Shown here piece after piece: positions 50,547 to 61,242 of a stretch of DNA of 64,000 bases. The DNA lies in NCBI GenBank assembly GCA_964544275.1, contig CAZIZX010000001.1, positions 49,576-113,575 on the forward strand, written 5' to 3'. Under the pieces are notes generated by a model that ran no database searches, was not told the DNA's origin, and saw only the letters and a program-made list of their open reading frames with translations. This DNA comes from an uncultured Gammaproteobacteria bacterium. GTDB lineage: Bacteria; Patescibacteriota; Microgenomatia; UBA12405. The stretch's first letter is position 1. Every line of letters begins with the position of its first letter. Made by a program: the position numbers and the translations under genes.

Positions 50547-50852
50547 ATGATTCCCAGTAATATCGAACACATACTGCTCAAACCTATAATTACTGAAAAA
50601 TCCTTACTCAGGCAACAGGAAGGCAAATATTCCTTTTGGATCAGTCAAAGTGCCAACAAATACCAGGTTGCCACCACCTTTGAAAGTTTATTTAACGTCA
50701 AGCCAGTTCGGGTCAATATTAGTGTCATCAAAGGAAAAACTAAAACTAATTGGAAAAACAGAAAAACTATAATAAAATCAAACCGTAAAAAAGCCATCGT
50801 TACCATAGATAAAAAAGAAAAAATTGATTTGTTAACTATCAAAACAAAATAA
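50547..50852 (+). CDS. rplW: 50S ribosomal protein L23
   Basis: PIITEKS, KKAIVT; synteny. Confidence 0.95.
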   Translation: MIPSNIEHILLKPIITEKSLLRQQEGKYSFWISQSANKYQVATTFESLFNVKPVRVNISVIKGKTKTNWKNRKTIIKSNRKKAIVTIDKKEKIDLLTIKTK

Positions 50853-50853
50853 A

Positions 50854-51603
50854 ATGATTAAACCCAAAAAATTATTAACCATTAAAAAGAAAACTAGCGG
50901 GCGTGATTCCCAAGGTCATATTTCGGTTCGACACCGGGGTGGCCAACACAAGCGGTTTTTACGCCACATTGATTGGAAGCGCAATAATGTTGACATTAAG
51001 GCAAAAGTAATCTCAATCGAATACGACCCCAATCGAACTGCCAATATCGCTCTTTTGTTTTACACTAATGGCAGCAAATCTTATATTCTTGCTCCTTCAA
51101 ATCTGAAAGTGGGTGATATAATATATTCGTCTAACGACACCGCACCCATAAAAGATGGCCACAGACTTCCTCTCAAAAGCATCCCCGTTGGTGTTCCCGT
51201 CCATGCTCTTGAATTGACTCCCGGGAAAGGGGCTCAAATCGTCAAAAGTGCTGGAACTGCAGCCTACGTCCAAAGTGTTGACGGTGACAAAGCTGTTATC
51301 AAGCTTCCTTCAGGAGAACTTCGCCTTTTCCATTCAGAAAGCAAGGCTACTGTCGGACAAGTAGGAAACTCTGAGCATTTTAATCAAAAACTTACCAAAG
51401 CCGGTCAAAATCGCCATCGTGGTTTTCGACCGACAGTCAGGGGAGTTGCCCAACACCCGAATTCGCACCCTCATGGCGGCGGCGAAGGTCGAAGTTCAGT
51501 CGGTATGCATCCCAAAACACCCTGGGGCCGACCGGCTATGGGCAAAAAGACCAGAAAATTAAAGAAAAAATCAAATAAATTAATTATTAAACGGGCAAAA
51601 TAA
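50854..51603 (+). CDS. rplB: 50S ribosomal protein L2
   Basis: [27 protein letters not shown]. Confidence 0.97.
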   Translation: MIKPKKLLTIKKKTSGRDSQGHISVRHRGGQHKRFLRHIDWKRNNVDIKAKVISIEYDPNRTANIALLFYTNGSKSYILAPSNLKVGDIIYSSNDTAPIKDGHRLPLKSIPVGVPVHALELTPGKGAQIVKSAGTAAYVQSVDGDKAVIKLPSGELRLFHSESKATVGQVGNSEHFNQKLTKAGQNRHRGFRPTVRGVAQHPNSHPHGGGEGRSSVGMHPKTPWGRPAMGKKTRKLKKKSNKLIIKRAK

Positions 51604-51605
51604 TC

Positions 51606-51872
51606 GTGAGAAGTTCAAAAAAAGGTCCGTACGTTGACCAAAATATTATAAAAAAATTAGACAAGGGCGAAACTACCATCCAGACTTACGCTCGGGCCAG
51701 TCAAATCGCGCCCGAATTTATCGGTAAAACATTCTCTGTTCATAATGGTCGTCGATTCATCAACGTCTTTATTACTGAAGACATGGTCGGACACCGCTTG
51801 GGTGAATTTTCTCAAACCAGGACCTTTAAAGGTCATGGACGTGTCGTCAAAAGGGTTATTGAAAAAACGTAA
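51606..51872 (+). CDS. rpsS: 30S ribosomal protein S19
   Basis: [20 protein letters not shown]; GTG start. Confidence 0.96.
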   Translation: MRSSKKGPYVDQNIIKKLDKGETTIQTYARASQIAPEFIGKTFSVHNGRRFINVFITEDMVGHRLGEFSQTRTFKGHGRVVKRVIEKT

Positions 51873-51882
51873 ACCAACAATT

Positions 51883-52308
51883 ATGCCAGCCAAAAAAGTA
51901 ATCAAAGAAACACCAAAAATTGAAACCCAAAAAGAACCTGTTGTCGAGGTGGCAATCAGTACCAAAACCGCCCGTTATTTGGATAAAAATATTAAAATAT
52001 CACCTCGAAAACTCAGGCTACTGGCGACAACCATAAAATCAGTTGGACCATCTGTTGCCTTGACTCAGTTAAAGTTCACCAATACCAAATCTGCCCGCAT
52101 TTTATCTAAGGCCATCCAAAATGTCATTGCCACCGCCAAGAATAATTACTCTATTGACCCTGAAACTTTAACCTTCGACACCGTCAAGGTCGACGAAGGT
52201 CTAAAGATTAAAAGGATGGACAAGTCTCATGGGTCCCGATTCGCTCGAGGTCTAATTCAAAAGAGACATAGCCGTCTTGAAATAATTGTTAAAGGAGAAA
52301 CCAAGTAA
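51883..52308 (+). CDS. rplV: 50S ribosomal protein L22 with N-terminal extension
   Basis: ISPRKLRL, AKNN, VDEG; synteny. Confidence 0.94.
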   Translation: MPAKKVIKETPKIETQKEPVVEVAISTKTARYLDKNIKISPRKLRLLATTIKSVGPSVALTQLKFTNTKSARILSKAIQNVIATAKNNYSIDPETLTFDTVKVDEGLKIKRMDKSHGSRFARGLIQKRHSRLEIIVKGETK

Positions 52309-52943
52309 TGGGTCAAAAAATAAATCCTATCAGTTTCCGTCTGGAAACAGTCAAGAACAGTCCTGAATGGCAGTCCTCTTGGTTTGCCAACCAAAGTAAA
52401 TATTCTCAGTATCTGCTTGAAGATAAATCAATCAGGGATTATATCCAAAAAAAATTATATTCTGCCGGTATAGTATCGATTCGTATTGAAAGGTCTACCA
52501 AAAGAATCAAATTAATTTTGGTAGTTAGCCGTCCGGGTCTTGTCATCGGTCGTGGCGGCAAAGAACTTGAAGCTCTCAAAAAAGAACTACTCAAATTATT
52601 GCCCAAAACCAAACAAAACATCGATATTCAGGTGGAAGAGTTCAAGCAAAGTGATTTGTCAGCCAAACTTATTGCCGAAAAAATTGCCTACCAACTTACC
52701 AAAAGAATGCCTTACCGCCGAGTCGTTCTTTCCTCAATGGAAAAAACTATAGCCGCTGGCGCCAAGGGTATAAAAATTATTTTATCCGGAAGAATTAACG
52801 GAGCTGAAATTAGCCGTCGGGAAAAGTTCTCTTTAGGAACTGTCCCTCTTAGCACTATCAGAAGTAAAATTGATTATTACCAATGTCCTTCTTTAACCAG
52901 ATCGGGCTACATTGGGGTTAAAGTTTATCTGTGTTTAATCTAA
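52308..52943 (+). CDS. rpsC: 30S ribosomal protein S3
   Basis: [28 protein letters not shown]. Confidence 0.97.
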   Translation: MGQKINPISFRLETVKNSPEWQSSWFANQSKYSQYLLEDKSIRDYIQKKLYSAGIVSIRIERSTKRIKLILVVSRPGLVIGRGGKELEALKKELLKLLPKTKQNIDIQVEEFKQSDLSAKLIAEKIAYQLTKRMPYRRVVLSSMEKTIAAGAKGIKIILSGRINGAEISRREKFSLGTVPLSTIRSKIDYYQCPSLTRSGYIGVKVYLCLI

Positions 52944-52953
52944 GGAAACAACT

Positions 52954-53355
52954 ATGTTGCAACCAAGTCGCACCAAATACCGAAAACAATTCCGCGGCAA
53001 AATGCGAGGTAACTCTAAAGGCTACTTGGTTGCCTTCGGAGATTTTGGTTTAAAAGCCATGGACCGAGGTTGGATCACCGCCAATCAAATCGAAGCTGCT
53101 CGTCGTGCCATTACTCACGCCACCAAAAGAAACGGCCGCATGTGGATTCGAGTCTTTCCCGACAAACCCATTACCGAAAAACCCGGTGTTCACATGGGTG
53201 CTGGCAAAGGTGACGTCAAAGGTTATGTAGCTGTTATTCGACCTGGAAAAATTCTTTTTGAAGTATCCGGAGTTGCCGAAGCCGAAGCTCGTGAGGCCCT
53301 CAAACTGGCATCTGCCAAAATCCCGATTATCACCAAAATAATTAAAAGAACATAA
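52954..53355 (+). CDS. rplP: 50S ribosomal protein L16
   Basis: [30 protein letters not shown]. Confidence 0.97.
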   Translation: MLQPSRTKYRKQFRGKMRGNSKGYLVAFGDFGLKAMDRGWITANQIEAARRAITHATKRNGRMWIRVFPDKPITEKPGVHMGAGKGDVKGYVAVIRPGKILFEVSGVAEAEAREALKLASAKIPIITKIIKRT

Positions 53356-53366
53356 GGCTGGCAATT

Positions 53367-53576
53367 ATGAAAAAAACTGATAAAATTGCGTATCAACAAA
53401 ATAGTCGTGAAGAGCTGAATAAACGTCTCGTGGAGCTAAAAACTAAGCTGGTTGAAGACAAAGCTAAGCATGCATCGGGTAATATAAAAGACACTTCCGT
53501 CTTCAAAAAAATGCGTTCTGAAATTGCTCTTATCTCGACATTAATTAACATAAAAGAAAATGAACAAAAAAGTTAA
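53367..53576 (+). CDS. rpmC: 50S ribosomal protein L29
   Basis: Size, position and RSEIALISTL. Confidence 0.9.
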   Translation: MKKTDKIAYQQNSREELNKRLVELKTKLVEDKAKHASGNIKDTSVFKKMRSEIALISTLINIKENEQKS

Positions 53577-53832
53577 AAAAAACAGTCAGACTAAAGCCGG
53601 CAAGATATTTACGGGAATAGTTGTGTCGGACAAGATGAATAATACTATTGTTATATCCATGGCCTACACCAGTCGTCACCCTTTATACAAAAAAATCGTC
53701 AAAAAGAACAAAAAAATCTATGCCGAGAATAATCTGGGAGCCAAATCCGGCGATACTGTCAAAGTCAGAGAAACCCGACCTTTAAGCAAACTAAAAAGAT
53801 TCACCACTTTAGAAATACTTAAGTCTGTATAA
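53560..53832 (+). CDS. rpsQ: 30S ribosomal protein S17
   Basis: [25 protein letters not shown]. Confidence 0.96.
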   Translation: MNKKVKKNSQTKAGKIFTGIVVSDKMNNTIVISMAYTSRHPLYKKIVKKNKKIYAENNLGAKSGDTVKVRETRPLSKLKRFTTLEILKSV

Positions 53833-53834
53833 AC

Positions 53835-54203
53835 ATGATCCAACTAAGAAGCATTATCAAACCAGCCGATAACTGTGGGGCCAAAAAAGTCCAGGTCATC
53901 CATGTTTACAATGGATTTCACCATAAAACCGGCACTATTGGCGACATCGTTCTGGCCGTTGTCAAAGAAGCCATCCCCAACGGTATGGTCAAAAAAAAGG
54001 AAAAAGTAAAAATGGTTATTGTCCGCACCAAAAAAGAAATTGCCCGAAACGACGGGTCTTATATTCGTTTTTCTGACAATGCTGGTGTCGTTATCGATTC
54101 ACAAAAAAATCCTCGCGGTACTAGAATATTCGGGCCAATTGCCCGTGAAATAAAAGATGCCGGATTCAGTAAAATTGCTTCCATGGCCAAGGAGGTTTAC
54201 TAA
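53835..54203 (+). CDS. rplN: 50S ribosomal protein L14
   Basis: [18 protein letters not shown]. Confidence 0.97.
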   Translation: MIQLRSIIKPADNCGAKKVQVIHVYNGFHHKTGTIGDIVLAVVKEAIPNGMVKKKEKVKMVIVRTKKEIARNDGSYIRFSDNAGVVIDSQKNPRGTRIFGPIAREIKDAGFSKIASMAKEVY

Positions 54204-54204
54204 A

Positions 54205-54531
54205 ATGAAGATATTAAAAGGTGACAAAGTTAAAGTATTAATTGGAAAAGATAAGGGTCGACAGGGAGAAGTTGTTAAGTCTTTTCCCAAAACCAGTCGC
54301 GTTCTTGTCCATGGTCTCAATATTGTCAAAAAACACCAGAAAGGTCAACAAGGTCAGCCTGGAGGCATTATTGAAATCGAAAAACCTCTTTATATTTCCA
54401 AGCTTGGCCTGATTTGCCCTAATTGTCAAAAAACTACCAGAGTTGGTTATCAAATTGATAAAACAGGCGATAAATATCGAATCTGTCGTAAATGCCAAAA
54501 CATTATTGAAACCAAAACAACCAAAAAATAA
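54205..54531 (+). CDS. rplX: 50S ribosomal protein L24
   Basis: KGDKVKVLIGKDKG KOW motif. Confidence 0.96.
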   Translation: MKILKGDKVKVLIGKDKGRQGEVVKSFPKTSRVLVHGLNIVKKHQKGQQGQPGGIIEIEKPLYISKLGLICPNCQKTTRVGYQIDKTGDKYRICRKCQNIIETKTTKK

Positions 54532-54533
54532 CT

Positions 54534-55070
54534 ATGTTGAATATAGAAATAAAACAAATTAACGAAAAGTTGAAAAAGGAGATGAAGGGCAAGAACATAC
54601 ACGCTCTTCCTCAGATCAAAAAAGTCGTTATTAACTACCGCGTGCCCGATGCTCGCGAAAGTCAAGAGTCTCTAAATAACGCTATTACTGAAATAACCGC
54701 CATCACCGGCCAAAAACCAATGTTAGCTAAAGCTAAAAAATCTGTTGCTACTTTCAAACTAAGACAAGGTGATCCCTTGGCCCTCAAGGTAACACTAAGA
54801 GGCGAAAGAATGTATGACTTTATCGAAAAACTATTTAACATAGTATTGGCCAGGCTAAGAGATTTCAAAGGCATGCCGCAATCCTCTTTCGATCAAGCCG
54901 GAAATTACAACATGGTCATCAAAGATCAGACAATTTTCCCCGAAATTAATCTTGATAAAGTGACCAAAATTAGGTCAGTTCAGGTTAGTATTAACATATC
55001 ATCTTCTTCCATTGAAGAGTCAAAAATGTTATTATCCGCCCTAGGATTTCCATTCGAAAAACAACCATAA
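54534..55070 (+). CDS. rplE: 50S ribosomal protein L5
   Basis: ITGQKP, KVTLRG, RLRDFKG, IFPEI. Confidence 0.96.
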   Translation: MLNIEIKQINEKLKKEMKGKNIHALPQIKKVVINYRVPDARESQESLNNAITEITAITGQKPMLAKAKKSVATFKLRQGDPLALKVTLRGERMYDFIEKLFNIVLARLRDFKGMPQSSFDQAGNYNMVIKDQTIFPEINLDKVTKIRSVQVSINISSSSIEESKMLLSALGFPFEKQP

Positions 55071-55072
55071 TT

Positions 55073-55258
55073 ATGGCTACAAAAGCAAAAATTGCTCGAG
55101 AAAAGAAAAAATTAAAGCACCCGGTTATGTATCATAATCGATGCCAAATTTGCGGCCGTCCCCGTGCATTTATCCGACTTTTTGGTCTGTGCCGTATTTG
55201 TTTTAGAGGTTTAGCCAACGAGGGAATGCTTCCCGGTGTCAAAAAGGCCAGCTGGTAA
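55073..55258 (+). CDS. rpsN: 30S ribosomal protein S14 type Z
   Basis: CQICGRPR...[15 protein letters not shown]. Confidence 0.96.
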   Translation: MATKAKIAREKKKLKHPVMYHNRCQICGRPRAFIRLFGLCRICFRGLANEGMLPGVKKASW

Positions 55259-55261
55259 ACT

Positions 55262-55651
55262 ATGATCAACTCACCTTCAACTGATTTCTTAATTAGGATC
55301 AAAAACGGCTATAAAGCCAGTCGCAAGAGCATTAATGCCCCTTACTCAAAATTTTGCGAATCAATTACCAAGATTCTCGAAAAACACAATTTGATTGAAA
55401 CTTACCAGGTTATCGAAGATGGTCACAAAGTCTTAAATCTTAAATTAAGATATATTAACAAACAACCTGTCGTCAACGAAGTCAAACTGTTCTCCAAACC
55501 AGGAAGAAGGTTGTATGAAAAATCTTCATCTATTCCCTGGGGTATGACGCCTGGATCGTTAATAATTATTTCAACTTCCCAGGGACTTATGTCCCAAAAA
55601 GAAGCCGTTTCCAGGAAATTAGGCGGCGAGCTTATTGCCGAAGTATATTAA
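55262..55651 (+). CDS. rpsH: 30S ribosomal protein S8
   Basis: DFLIRIKN, SKPGRRLY, STSQGLM, GGEL. Confidence 0.96.
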   Translation: MINSPSTDFLIRIKNGYKASRKSINAPYSKFCESITKILEKHNLIETYQVIEDGHKVLNLKLRYINKQPVVNEVKLFSKPGRRLYEKSSSIPWGMTPGSLIIISTSQGLMSQKEAVSRKLGGELIAEVY

Positions 55652-55652
55652 T

Positions 55653-56192
55653 ATGTCCAGAATAGGCAAGCAACCAGTACTAATTCCGTCTGATGTTACC
55701 GTAACTGTAGACAAAAAAACCGTTACTGTTGTCGGTACAAAGGGCACCTTGACTCTCAAAGTGCCATCAAAGATTGATGTAACAGTGCAGACTAATCAAG
55801 TTATTATCAGCCGCCGTTCTGAAGATAAAAAAGTCAAAGCCAATCACGGTAGTACCAGAGCCCATATCAAAAATATGGTCGAAGGTGTCGTTAATCATTG
55901 GAAAAAAGAACTTGAAATTAGAGGAACTGGTTATAAATTTGCTCTTCAGGGCAACAAGCTCGTAGTCAACGCCGGATATATTCATCCGGTCGGTATAACT
56001 GCCCCGACAGGAATTCAATTCCAAATCCCTGAGGACACTCGAGTTATTGTTACCGGACCAGACAAGACAATTGTTGGTCAAGTAGCCAGCAATATTAGAA
56101 AGATACGCAAACCTGAACCTTATAAGGGTAAAGGGATTCGTTATATCGATGAGTTTATTAAACTTAAAGCCGGCAAAACTGCCAAGGCATAA
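55653..56192 (+). CDS. rplF: 50S ribosomal protein L6
   Basis: MSRIGKQP, PEPYKGKGIRY. Confidence 0.97.
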   Translation: MSRIGKQPVLIPSDVTVTVDKKTVTVVGTKGTLTLKVPSKIDVTVQTNQVIISRRSEDKKVKANHGSTRAHIKNMVEGVVNHWKKELEIRGTGYKFALQGNKLVVNAGYIHPVGITAPTGIQFQIPEDTRVIVTGPDKTIVGQVASNIRKIRKPEPYKGKGIRYIDEFIKLKAGKTAKA

Positions 56193-56201
56193 ATTTAAAC
56201 T

Positions 56202-56546
56202 ATGATTACGCACGATGCAAAATTAAGAAGACTCAAAAAAGTCAGAAAACAGTTAGCCGCTAATATCGGCATACCCCGACTTTCTGTTTTCCGAAGCAAT
56301 CGTCATATTTGGGCACAGATAATTGACGATAAACACGGTAAAACTCTAGTCTCTACTTCCAGCAAAGCCCTTTCTCTTAAAAAAGGCAACAAAACACAAC
56401 AAGCTGATGAAGTTGGTAAAAATATTGCTAAATTAGCTATAGAAAAAAAAATAAGTTATGTTAAATTTGATCGTGGCCTGTATCGTTATCACGGTCGTGT
56501 CAAAGCCTTGGCACAAGCGGCCCGAGCAGGTGGTTTAAAATTCTAA
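56202..56546 (+). CDS. rplR: 50S ribosomal protein L18
   Basis: PRLSVFRSN, FDRG, YHGRVKALA. Confidence 0.97.
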   Translation: MITHDAKLRRLKKVRKQLAANIGIPRLSVFRSNRHIWAQIIDDKHGKTLVSTSSKALSLKKGNKTQQADEVGKNIAKLAIEKKISYVKFDRGLYRYHGRVKALAQAARAGGLKF

Positions 56547-56549
56547 AAT

Positions 56550-57041
56550 ATGAATCAACAAGAAGATAGACAATTCCAAAAATACGAAAAACCCGAATCA
56601 GAATTTACCGAAAAAGTAGTTCAAATTAAAAGGGTATCCAAAAAAACCAAAGGTGGAAATCAAATTTCCTTCACTGCCTTAGTCGTCAGTGGTGACAAAA
56701 AATCCCGGGTTGGAGTTGGTCTTGGCAAAGCTAAAAGTGTTGCTGATGCTATTCAAAAAGGTGCCAAAAGAGCCAAAAAAACCATGATTGAAATTCCCAT
56801 TATTAACGGTACTATTCCCAACGCTGTCAGGCTAAAGTACAAAGGCGCTATTATTATCATTCGGCCGGGCAAGACCGGAAGTGGACTTATCGCCGGCGGT
56901 CCTATTCGCTCGGTTGTTGAACTTGGCGGTATCAAAGATGTTGTTAGCAAAATTATCGGATCCAAAAATAAGGCAATTAATGTTTGGGCTACTATGAAAG
57001 CTTTGACATTTTTGGATAAAAACCATGGAAACACTCAATAA
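56550..57041 (+). CDS. rpsE: 30S ribosomal protein S5
   Basis: RVSKKTKGG, FTALVVSGD, GLIAGG. Confidence 0.97.
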   Translation: MNQQEDRQFQKYEKPESEFTEKVVQIKRVSKKTKGGNQISFTALVVSGDKKSRVGVGLGKAKSVADAIQKGAKRAKKTMIEIPIINGTIPNAVRLKYKGAIIIIRPGKTGSGLIAGGPIRSVVELGGIKDVVSKIIGSKNKAINVWATMKALTFLDKNHGNTQ

Positions 57042-57474
57042 CTTATCAAAAACTACCACTAAAAAAGCCAAAAGAATCGGTCGTGGCTATGGATCTGGAG
57101 TTGGCGGTCATACTACCGGACGTGGCACCAAAGGCGACAAAGCCAGAGGCAAGACCAAGTTGACCTTTGATGGTAGCAAAATCAAAAAATCGTGGATCAA
57201 AAGACTTCCTTTCATGAAAGGAAAGCACCGATTATTAAGCAAAAACAACGTTGTTACTATAAACCTCAATCAGCTCGATAAATTGTTCAAAACAGCCTCA
57301 GTTGTTGATTCTAAAAAAGTAATTGAAACCTTAAAAATAAAAACCACAGCCAGAACTTTCATCAAAATTTTGTCTACTGGCGAAATCAACAAAGCCTTAA
57401 CCATAAAATCCGACATCATATTGTCGAAGCAAGCCAAAGAGAAAATTTTAAAAGCCGGTGGTAAGATAGATTAA
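57025..57474 (+). CDS. rplO: 50S ribosomal protein L15
   Basis: [22 protein letters not shown]. Confidence 0.95.
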   Translation: METLNNLSKTTTKKAKRIGRGYGSGVGGHTTGRGTKGDKARGKTKLTFDGSKIKKSWIKRLPFMKGKHRLLSKNNVVTINLNQLDKLFKTASVVDSKKVIETLKIKTTARTFIKILSTGEINKALTIKSDIILSKQAKEKILKAGGKID

Positions 57475-58754
57475 TGAAGCAATTAGCTAAGTCTCTCTCA
57501 CTGTACATTGAAGGCTTAAAAGCACCCCTCCTTAGGAAGAAACTATTAATAACCATTGGCATACTTGCCCTTTTTCGCTTTATTGCCCACATCCCCGTGC
57601 CCGGAGTAAACTTAGGACTACTTAGAAGCTTTTTTGCCCAAAACCAGCTCCTTTCACTGCTTGACATCTTCTCCGGCGGTACCCTGGCTAACTTTTCTGT
57701 AGTCGCCCTCGGTCTGAATCCTTACATCAACGCTTCTGTCATGATGCAATTGCTTACTTTAGTTATTCCTCAGCTCGAAGAACTCCAAAAAGAGGGTGAA
57801 TATGGTCGGTCCAAAATCAATCAGTACGTCAGAATAGCCACAATTCCCATATCACTTATTCAGTCTCTTGGAATGTACGGTATCTTGCGTTCCCAAAACA
57901 TTATTTCTAACTTACCACCCCTCACTCTCATCGCCCTTATTGTCAGTATGGTAGCCGGCACTATGATTATGATATTTTTAGGCGAACTCATCAACAATTA
58001 TGGCGTGGGCAACGGCATCTCAATGCTCATCTTTGCTGGCATCATAGCCAGACTTCCGGTCAGCTTTTTCCAGACTCTAAATATTACTGACTTTTCCAAT
58101 CCCCAAACTGGAATGAACTTGTTAATCTTTGTCCTTTTGGCTATCGGTATGGTGCTTGGTATCGTCATGGTTGAAGAAGCAGTTTTGCGGGTTCCCGTTG
58201 GCTATGCCAAAAGGGCCCAAACCACATATTTACCCATAAAAGTCGATACCGCCGGAGTTATGCCCATCATCTTCGCCGTTTCGTTAGCCACCGTTCCATC
58301 CCTGATTGGTCAGTTTTTGGGCAGACTTCCGTATCCTTTGGTGGCCAATACGGCCAACTCTATTGCCCGCCTGTTTAATCCAGGAGGTTACCCCTATATC
58401 CTTTTCTATTTCTTCTTGGTTATTGGTTTTACCTACTTTTATACCTCAGTTGTCTTCAAGCCCAAAGATATCGCCGAGGAACTTAGAAAATCCGGAGGCT
58501 TTATTCCCGGTATTCGTCCCGGCGCTGCTACCGAAAAAAGACTTCAATATTTAATTAATCGCGTTTTGGTTATTGGAGCCGTCTTCTTGGGTTTCATTGC
58601 TGTTACTCCTTCTATAATCCAAAATTTTACTGGCATAACCACCCTAACTATAGGCGGAACCAGTATTCTTATCGTCGTTTCAGTTATTATTGAACTCACT
58701 CGCAAGATTGAGAACGTAGTTCAAACGTATAACTACGAAAAACTTACATATTAA
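57474..58754 (+). CDS. secY: Preprotein translocase SecY
   Basis: [46 protein letters not shown]. Confidence 0.97.
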   Translation: MKQLAKSLSLYIEGLKAPLLRKKLLITIGILALFRFIAHIPVPGVNLGLLRSFFAQNQLLSLLDIFSGGTLANFSVVALGLNPYINASVMMQLLTLVIPQLEELQKEGEYGRSKINQYVRIATIPISLIQSLGMYGILRSQNIISNLPPLTLIALIVSMVAGTMIMIFLGELINNYGVGNGISMLIFAGIIARLPVSFFQTLNITDFSNPQTGMNLLIFVLLAIGMVLGIVMVEEAVLRVPVGYAKRAQTTYLPIKVDTAGVMPIIFAVSLATVPSLIGQFLGRLPYPLVANTANSIARLFNPGGYPYILFYFFLVIGFTYFYTSVVFKPKDIAEELRKSGGFIPGIRPGAATEKRLQYLINRVLVIGAVFLGFIAVTPSIIQNFTGITTLTIGGTSILIVVSVIIELTRKIENVVQTYNYEKLTY

Positions 58755-58761
58755 AACAAGC

Positions 58762-59352
58762 ATGGCTTTAAACCTTTTCATAATTGGTCCATCCGGCTGC
58801 GGTAAAAGCACCCAAGCCCGTGCAATTGCCGAAAAATATAACTTAACTCACCTGTCTATGGGTCAGCTTCTTCGAGATGAAATTACTTCTGGATCGGAAC
58901 TGGGCACAACGGCCAAAGATTATCTTGATAGGGGAGTCTGGGCCCCGGACGAGCTCACTTTTTCTGTTCTCAAAAATAAATTAGAATCAATCGGGAACGC
59001 CAATTTTATTCTCGATGGTTACCCCCGTGCCTTAGCCCAGGGGCCACTGATCGAAAGTTACCTTCGGAAAAAAGTTCAGGAGATTAGTCTTTTAATCCAC
59101 TTAGCCGTGTCTGCCCAGGAAATCAGCCACAGAAGGTCACTTCAAGCCCAAGCTGGTACTCGTTTTTCCGACGCCGGTCGATCTGACGAGACTCCCGAGG
59201 CCATTGCTGCTCGACAAAAATCATATGATGAAACAATCGGACCTATATTAAACTATTTTAAAGACAGAAATAAGTTTTTAGAAATTGACGGCAATCGGCC
59301 TGTCGAGCCGATATTTATTGATATTTGCCAAAATATCGATAAAATACTATAA
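58762..59352 (+). CDS. adk: Adenylate kinase (short LID)
   Basis: GPSGCGKSTQ, LSMGQLLR, LDGYPR. Confidence 0.92.
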   Translation: MALNLFIIGPSGCGKSTQARAIAEKYNLTHLSMGQLLRDEITSGSELGTTAKDYLDRGVWAPDELTFSVLKNKLESIGNANFILDGYPRALAQGPLIESYLRKKVQEISLLIHLAVSAQEISHRRSLQAQAGTRFSDAGRSDETPEAIAARQKSYDETIGPILNYFKDRNKFLEIDGNRPVEPIFIDICQNIDKIL

Positions 59353-59364
59353 TATACACATTAG

Positions 59365-59571
59365 ATGGCTACAGAAGCAACCAAAAAAGGAGTGGTAACC
59401 GAAGTATTGCCCAACACGCTGTTCCGGGTAACTACAGAAGACAATCACGAAGTTATTGCCTATTTAGCCGGAAAATTAAGGATACACCGTATTCGGGTTA
59501 TGGCCGGAGACACCGTTACTTTAGTGCTGAGCCCTGACGGTGATAAGGCCAGGATAATATATCGCGGTTAA
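59365..59571 (+). CDS. infA: Translation initiation factor IF-1
   Basis: LPNTLFRV, AGKLR, IRVMAGD; own promoter TTGCCA-17-TATAAT at 59325-59353. Confidence 0.96.
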   Translation: MATEATKKGVVTEVLPNTLFRVTTEDNHEVIAYLAGKLRIHRIRVMAGDTVTLVLSPDGDKARIIYRG

Positions 59572-59628
59572 ATCCAATTTAGTCTTTGATATTATCATTA
59601 TTTTAGGTTACAATATCCAAGCGTTATT

Positions 59629-59742
59629 ATGAAAGTCAAATCAAGTATTAGAGCTCGATGTAAAAATTGCAAAATCGTCATCCGCAAAGGAGTGAGGAGA
59701 GTTATTTGTTCTACCAAAAGACACACCCAAAAACAAGGATAA
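59629..59742 (+). CDS. rpmJ: 50S ribosomal protein L36 (not in the ORF track)
   Basis: Manual translation [37 protein letters not shown]; upstream TTGATA-17-TACAAT at 59586-59614. Confidence 0.96.
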   Translation: MKVKSSIRARCKNCKIVIRKGVRRVICSTKRHTQKQG

Positions 59743-59745
59743 CAC

Positions 59746-60165
59746 ATGAGAATAGCCGGAGTAGAAATACCAGATAATGAAAGAGCCGAAATCGGCTTAA
59801 CCAGGTTTTATGGCATTGGACGTACCAATGTGGTTCAATTAGCCAAAAAGGCCAACATCAAACTTGACACCAGGATTAAAGATTTATCCCGCGATGATAT
59901 CAGTAGCCTAATGAAAGCCCTGGAAACTATTGTTACCGAAGGTGATCTGAAAAAAGAGATCAGAGACAACATCGATCGTCTCAAGGCCATAAAATGTTAT
60001 CGTGGTATCCGCCATATTGTCGGACTACCGGCCAATGGCCAGAGGACCAAAACGAATGCCCGCACCCGAAAAGGCCGCAAGAAAACCGTTGGTTCCCTTA
60101 CCAAGGAAGCATGGGCAAAAATTGAAACTCAGCAAAATGCTGCTTCGATTGCCAAAAATAAGTAA
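59746..60165 (+). CDS. rpsM: 30S ribosomal protein S13
   Basis: [27 protein letters not shown]. Confidence 0.97.
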   Translation: MRIAGVEIPDNERAEIGLTRFYGIGRTNVVQLAKKANIKLDTRIKDLSRDDISSLMKALETIVTEGDLKKEIRDNIDRLKAIKCYRGIRHIVGLPANGQRTKTNARTRKGRKKTVGSLTKEAWAKIETQQNAASIAKNK

Positions 60166-60170
60166 TAATC

Positions 60171-60587
60171 ATGAATTCCAAAACCAAATCACCTACCACA
60201 ACTGCCAAAACATCAACCAAGAAAAAAGCTCCCAAAAGCTTTGTCGAGGGCAGACTTTACGTTAAGTCTTCATTTAACAACACTATCGTTACGGTTACCG
60301 ACCCGAAAGGAAACACCATCACCTGGTCTAGTTCGGGACAGTGTGGCTTTAAGGGAGCCAGGAAGTCGACTCCTTTTGCTGCTACCACTGCCATCGAAAA
60401 AGCTCTTGATCAGGCCAAAGTTGTCGGTATCAAGAAATTATCAGTTTACCTTCAGGGTCCTGGCACTGGTCGCGATGCAGCCTTGCGATTCCTTCGAACC
60501 AAGAGAGATTTTGAGGTTGATATGATTTCTGATATCACCCCCATTCCTCACAATGGTCCCAGGCCTCCCAAACAAAGAAAAGTTTAA
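60171..60587 (+). CDS. rpsK: 30S ribosomal protein S11
   Basis: SFNNTIVT, RKSTPFAA, TPIPHNG. Confidence 0.97.
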   Translation: MNSKTKSPTTTAKTSTKKKAPKSFVEGRLYVKSSFNNTIVTVTDPKGNTITWSSSGQCGFKGARKSTPFAATTAIEKALDQAKVVGIKKLSVYLQGPGTGRDAALRFLRTKRDFEVDMISDITPIPHNGPRPPKQRKV

Positions 60588-60597
60588 CATAAATTAT

Positions 60598-61227
60598 ATG
60601 TCCAGAATTACTCTCGATGCCAAATGCCGCCTTTGTCGTGCTGAGGGCACCAAGCTCTATCTTAAAGGCGATCGATGCTTTACCAAATGTCCTATCGACA
60701 AAAAAGGTGCTGTCAAGCCAGGCATGCACGGTCTAAAACGCGCCCAAAAATCATCAGATTATGGTCTACAGCTTCGGGCCAAACAAAAAGCCAAAAGACT
60801 TTATGGTGTTCAGGAAACTCAGTTTAGAAACTATTTTCAACAGGCCAAGAAAATTAAGGGCTTAGTCGGCGACAACTTACTGACACTTTTAGAAAACAGA
60901 CTCGACAACATCGTTTACCAGTCTGGGTTGGCCTTATCTCGTAATCACGCTAAGCAATTAATCAGCCACCGCCACGTTTTAGTTAATGACAAAATCCTAA
61001 ACGTCAATTCCTATTCAGCCAAAATCGGTGATGTCATCAGCCTGGATTCACCAGCTAAAGAACTTGCCAAGGACAACCCTAGACTTCAAGACAAAGATTT
61101 TTCCCCTCCTGCCTGGATGGAAAAATCCAAAAAAGACGCCAATGTCAAAATTATCAGCTTACCTCAAATATCAGAGCTGAATAATGGCGTTGATATTAAT
61201 TTAATAGTTGAATATTATTCAAGATAA
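60598..61227 (+). CDS. rpsD: 30S ribosomal protein S4
   Basis: CRLCRAEG, QLRAKQK, LENRLDNIVY, IVEYYSR. Confidence 0.97.
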   Translation: MSRITLDAKCRLCRAEGTKLYLKGDRCFTKCPIDKKGAVKPGMHGLKRAQKSSDYGLQLRAKQKAKRLYGVQETQFRNYFQQAKKIKGLVGDNLLTLLENRLDNIVYQSGLALSRNHAKQLISHRHVLVNDKILNVNSYSAKIGDVISLDSPAKELAKDNPRLQDKDFSPPAWMEKSKKDANVKIISLPQISELNNGVDINLIVEYYSR

Positions 61228-61242
61228 TACAAGGAGACCATC

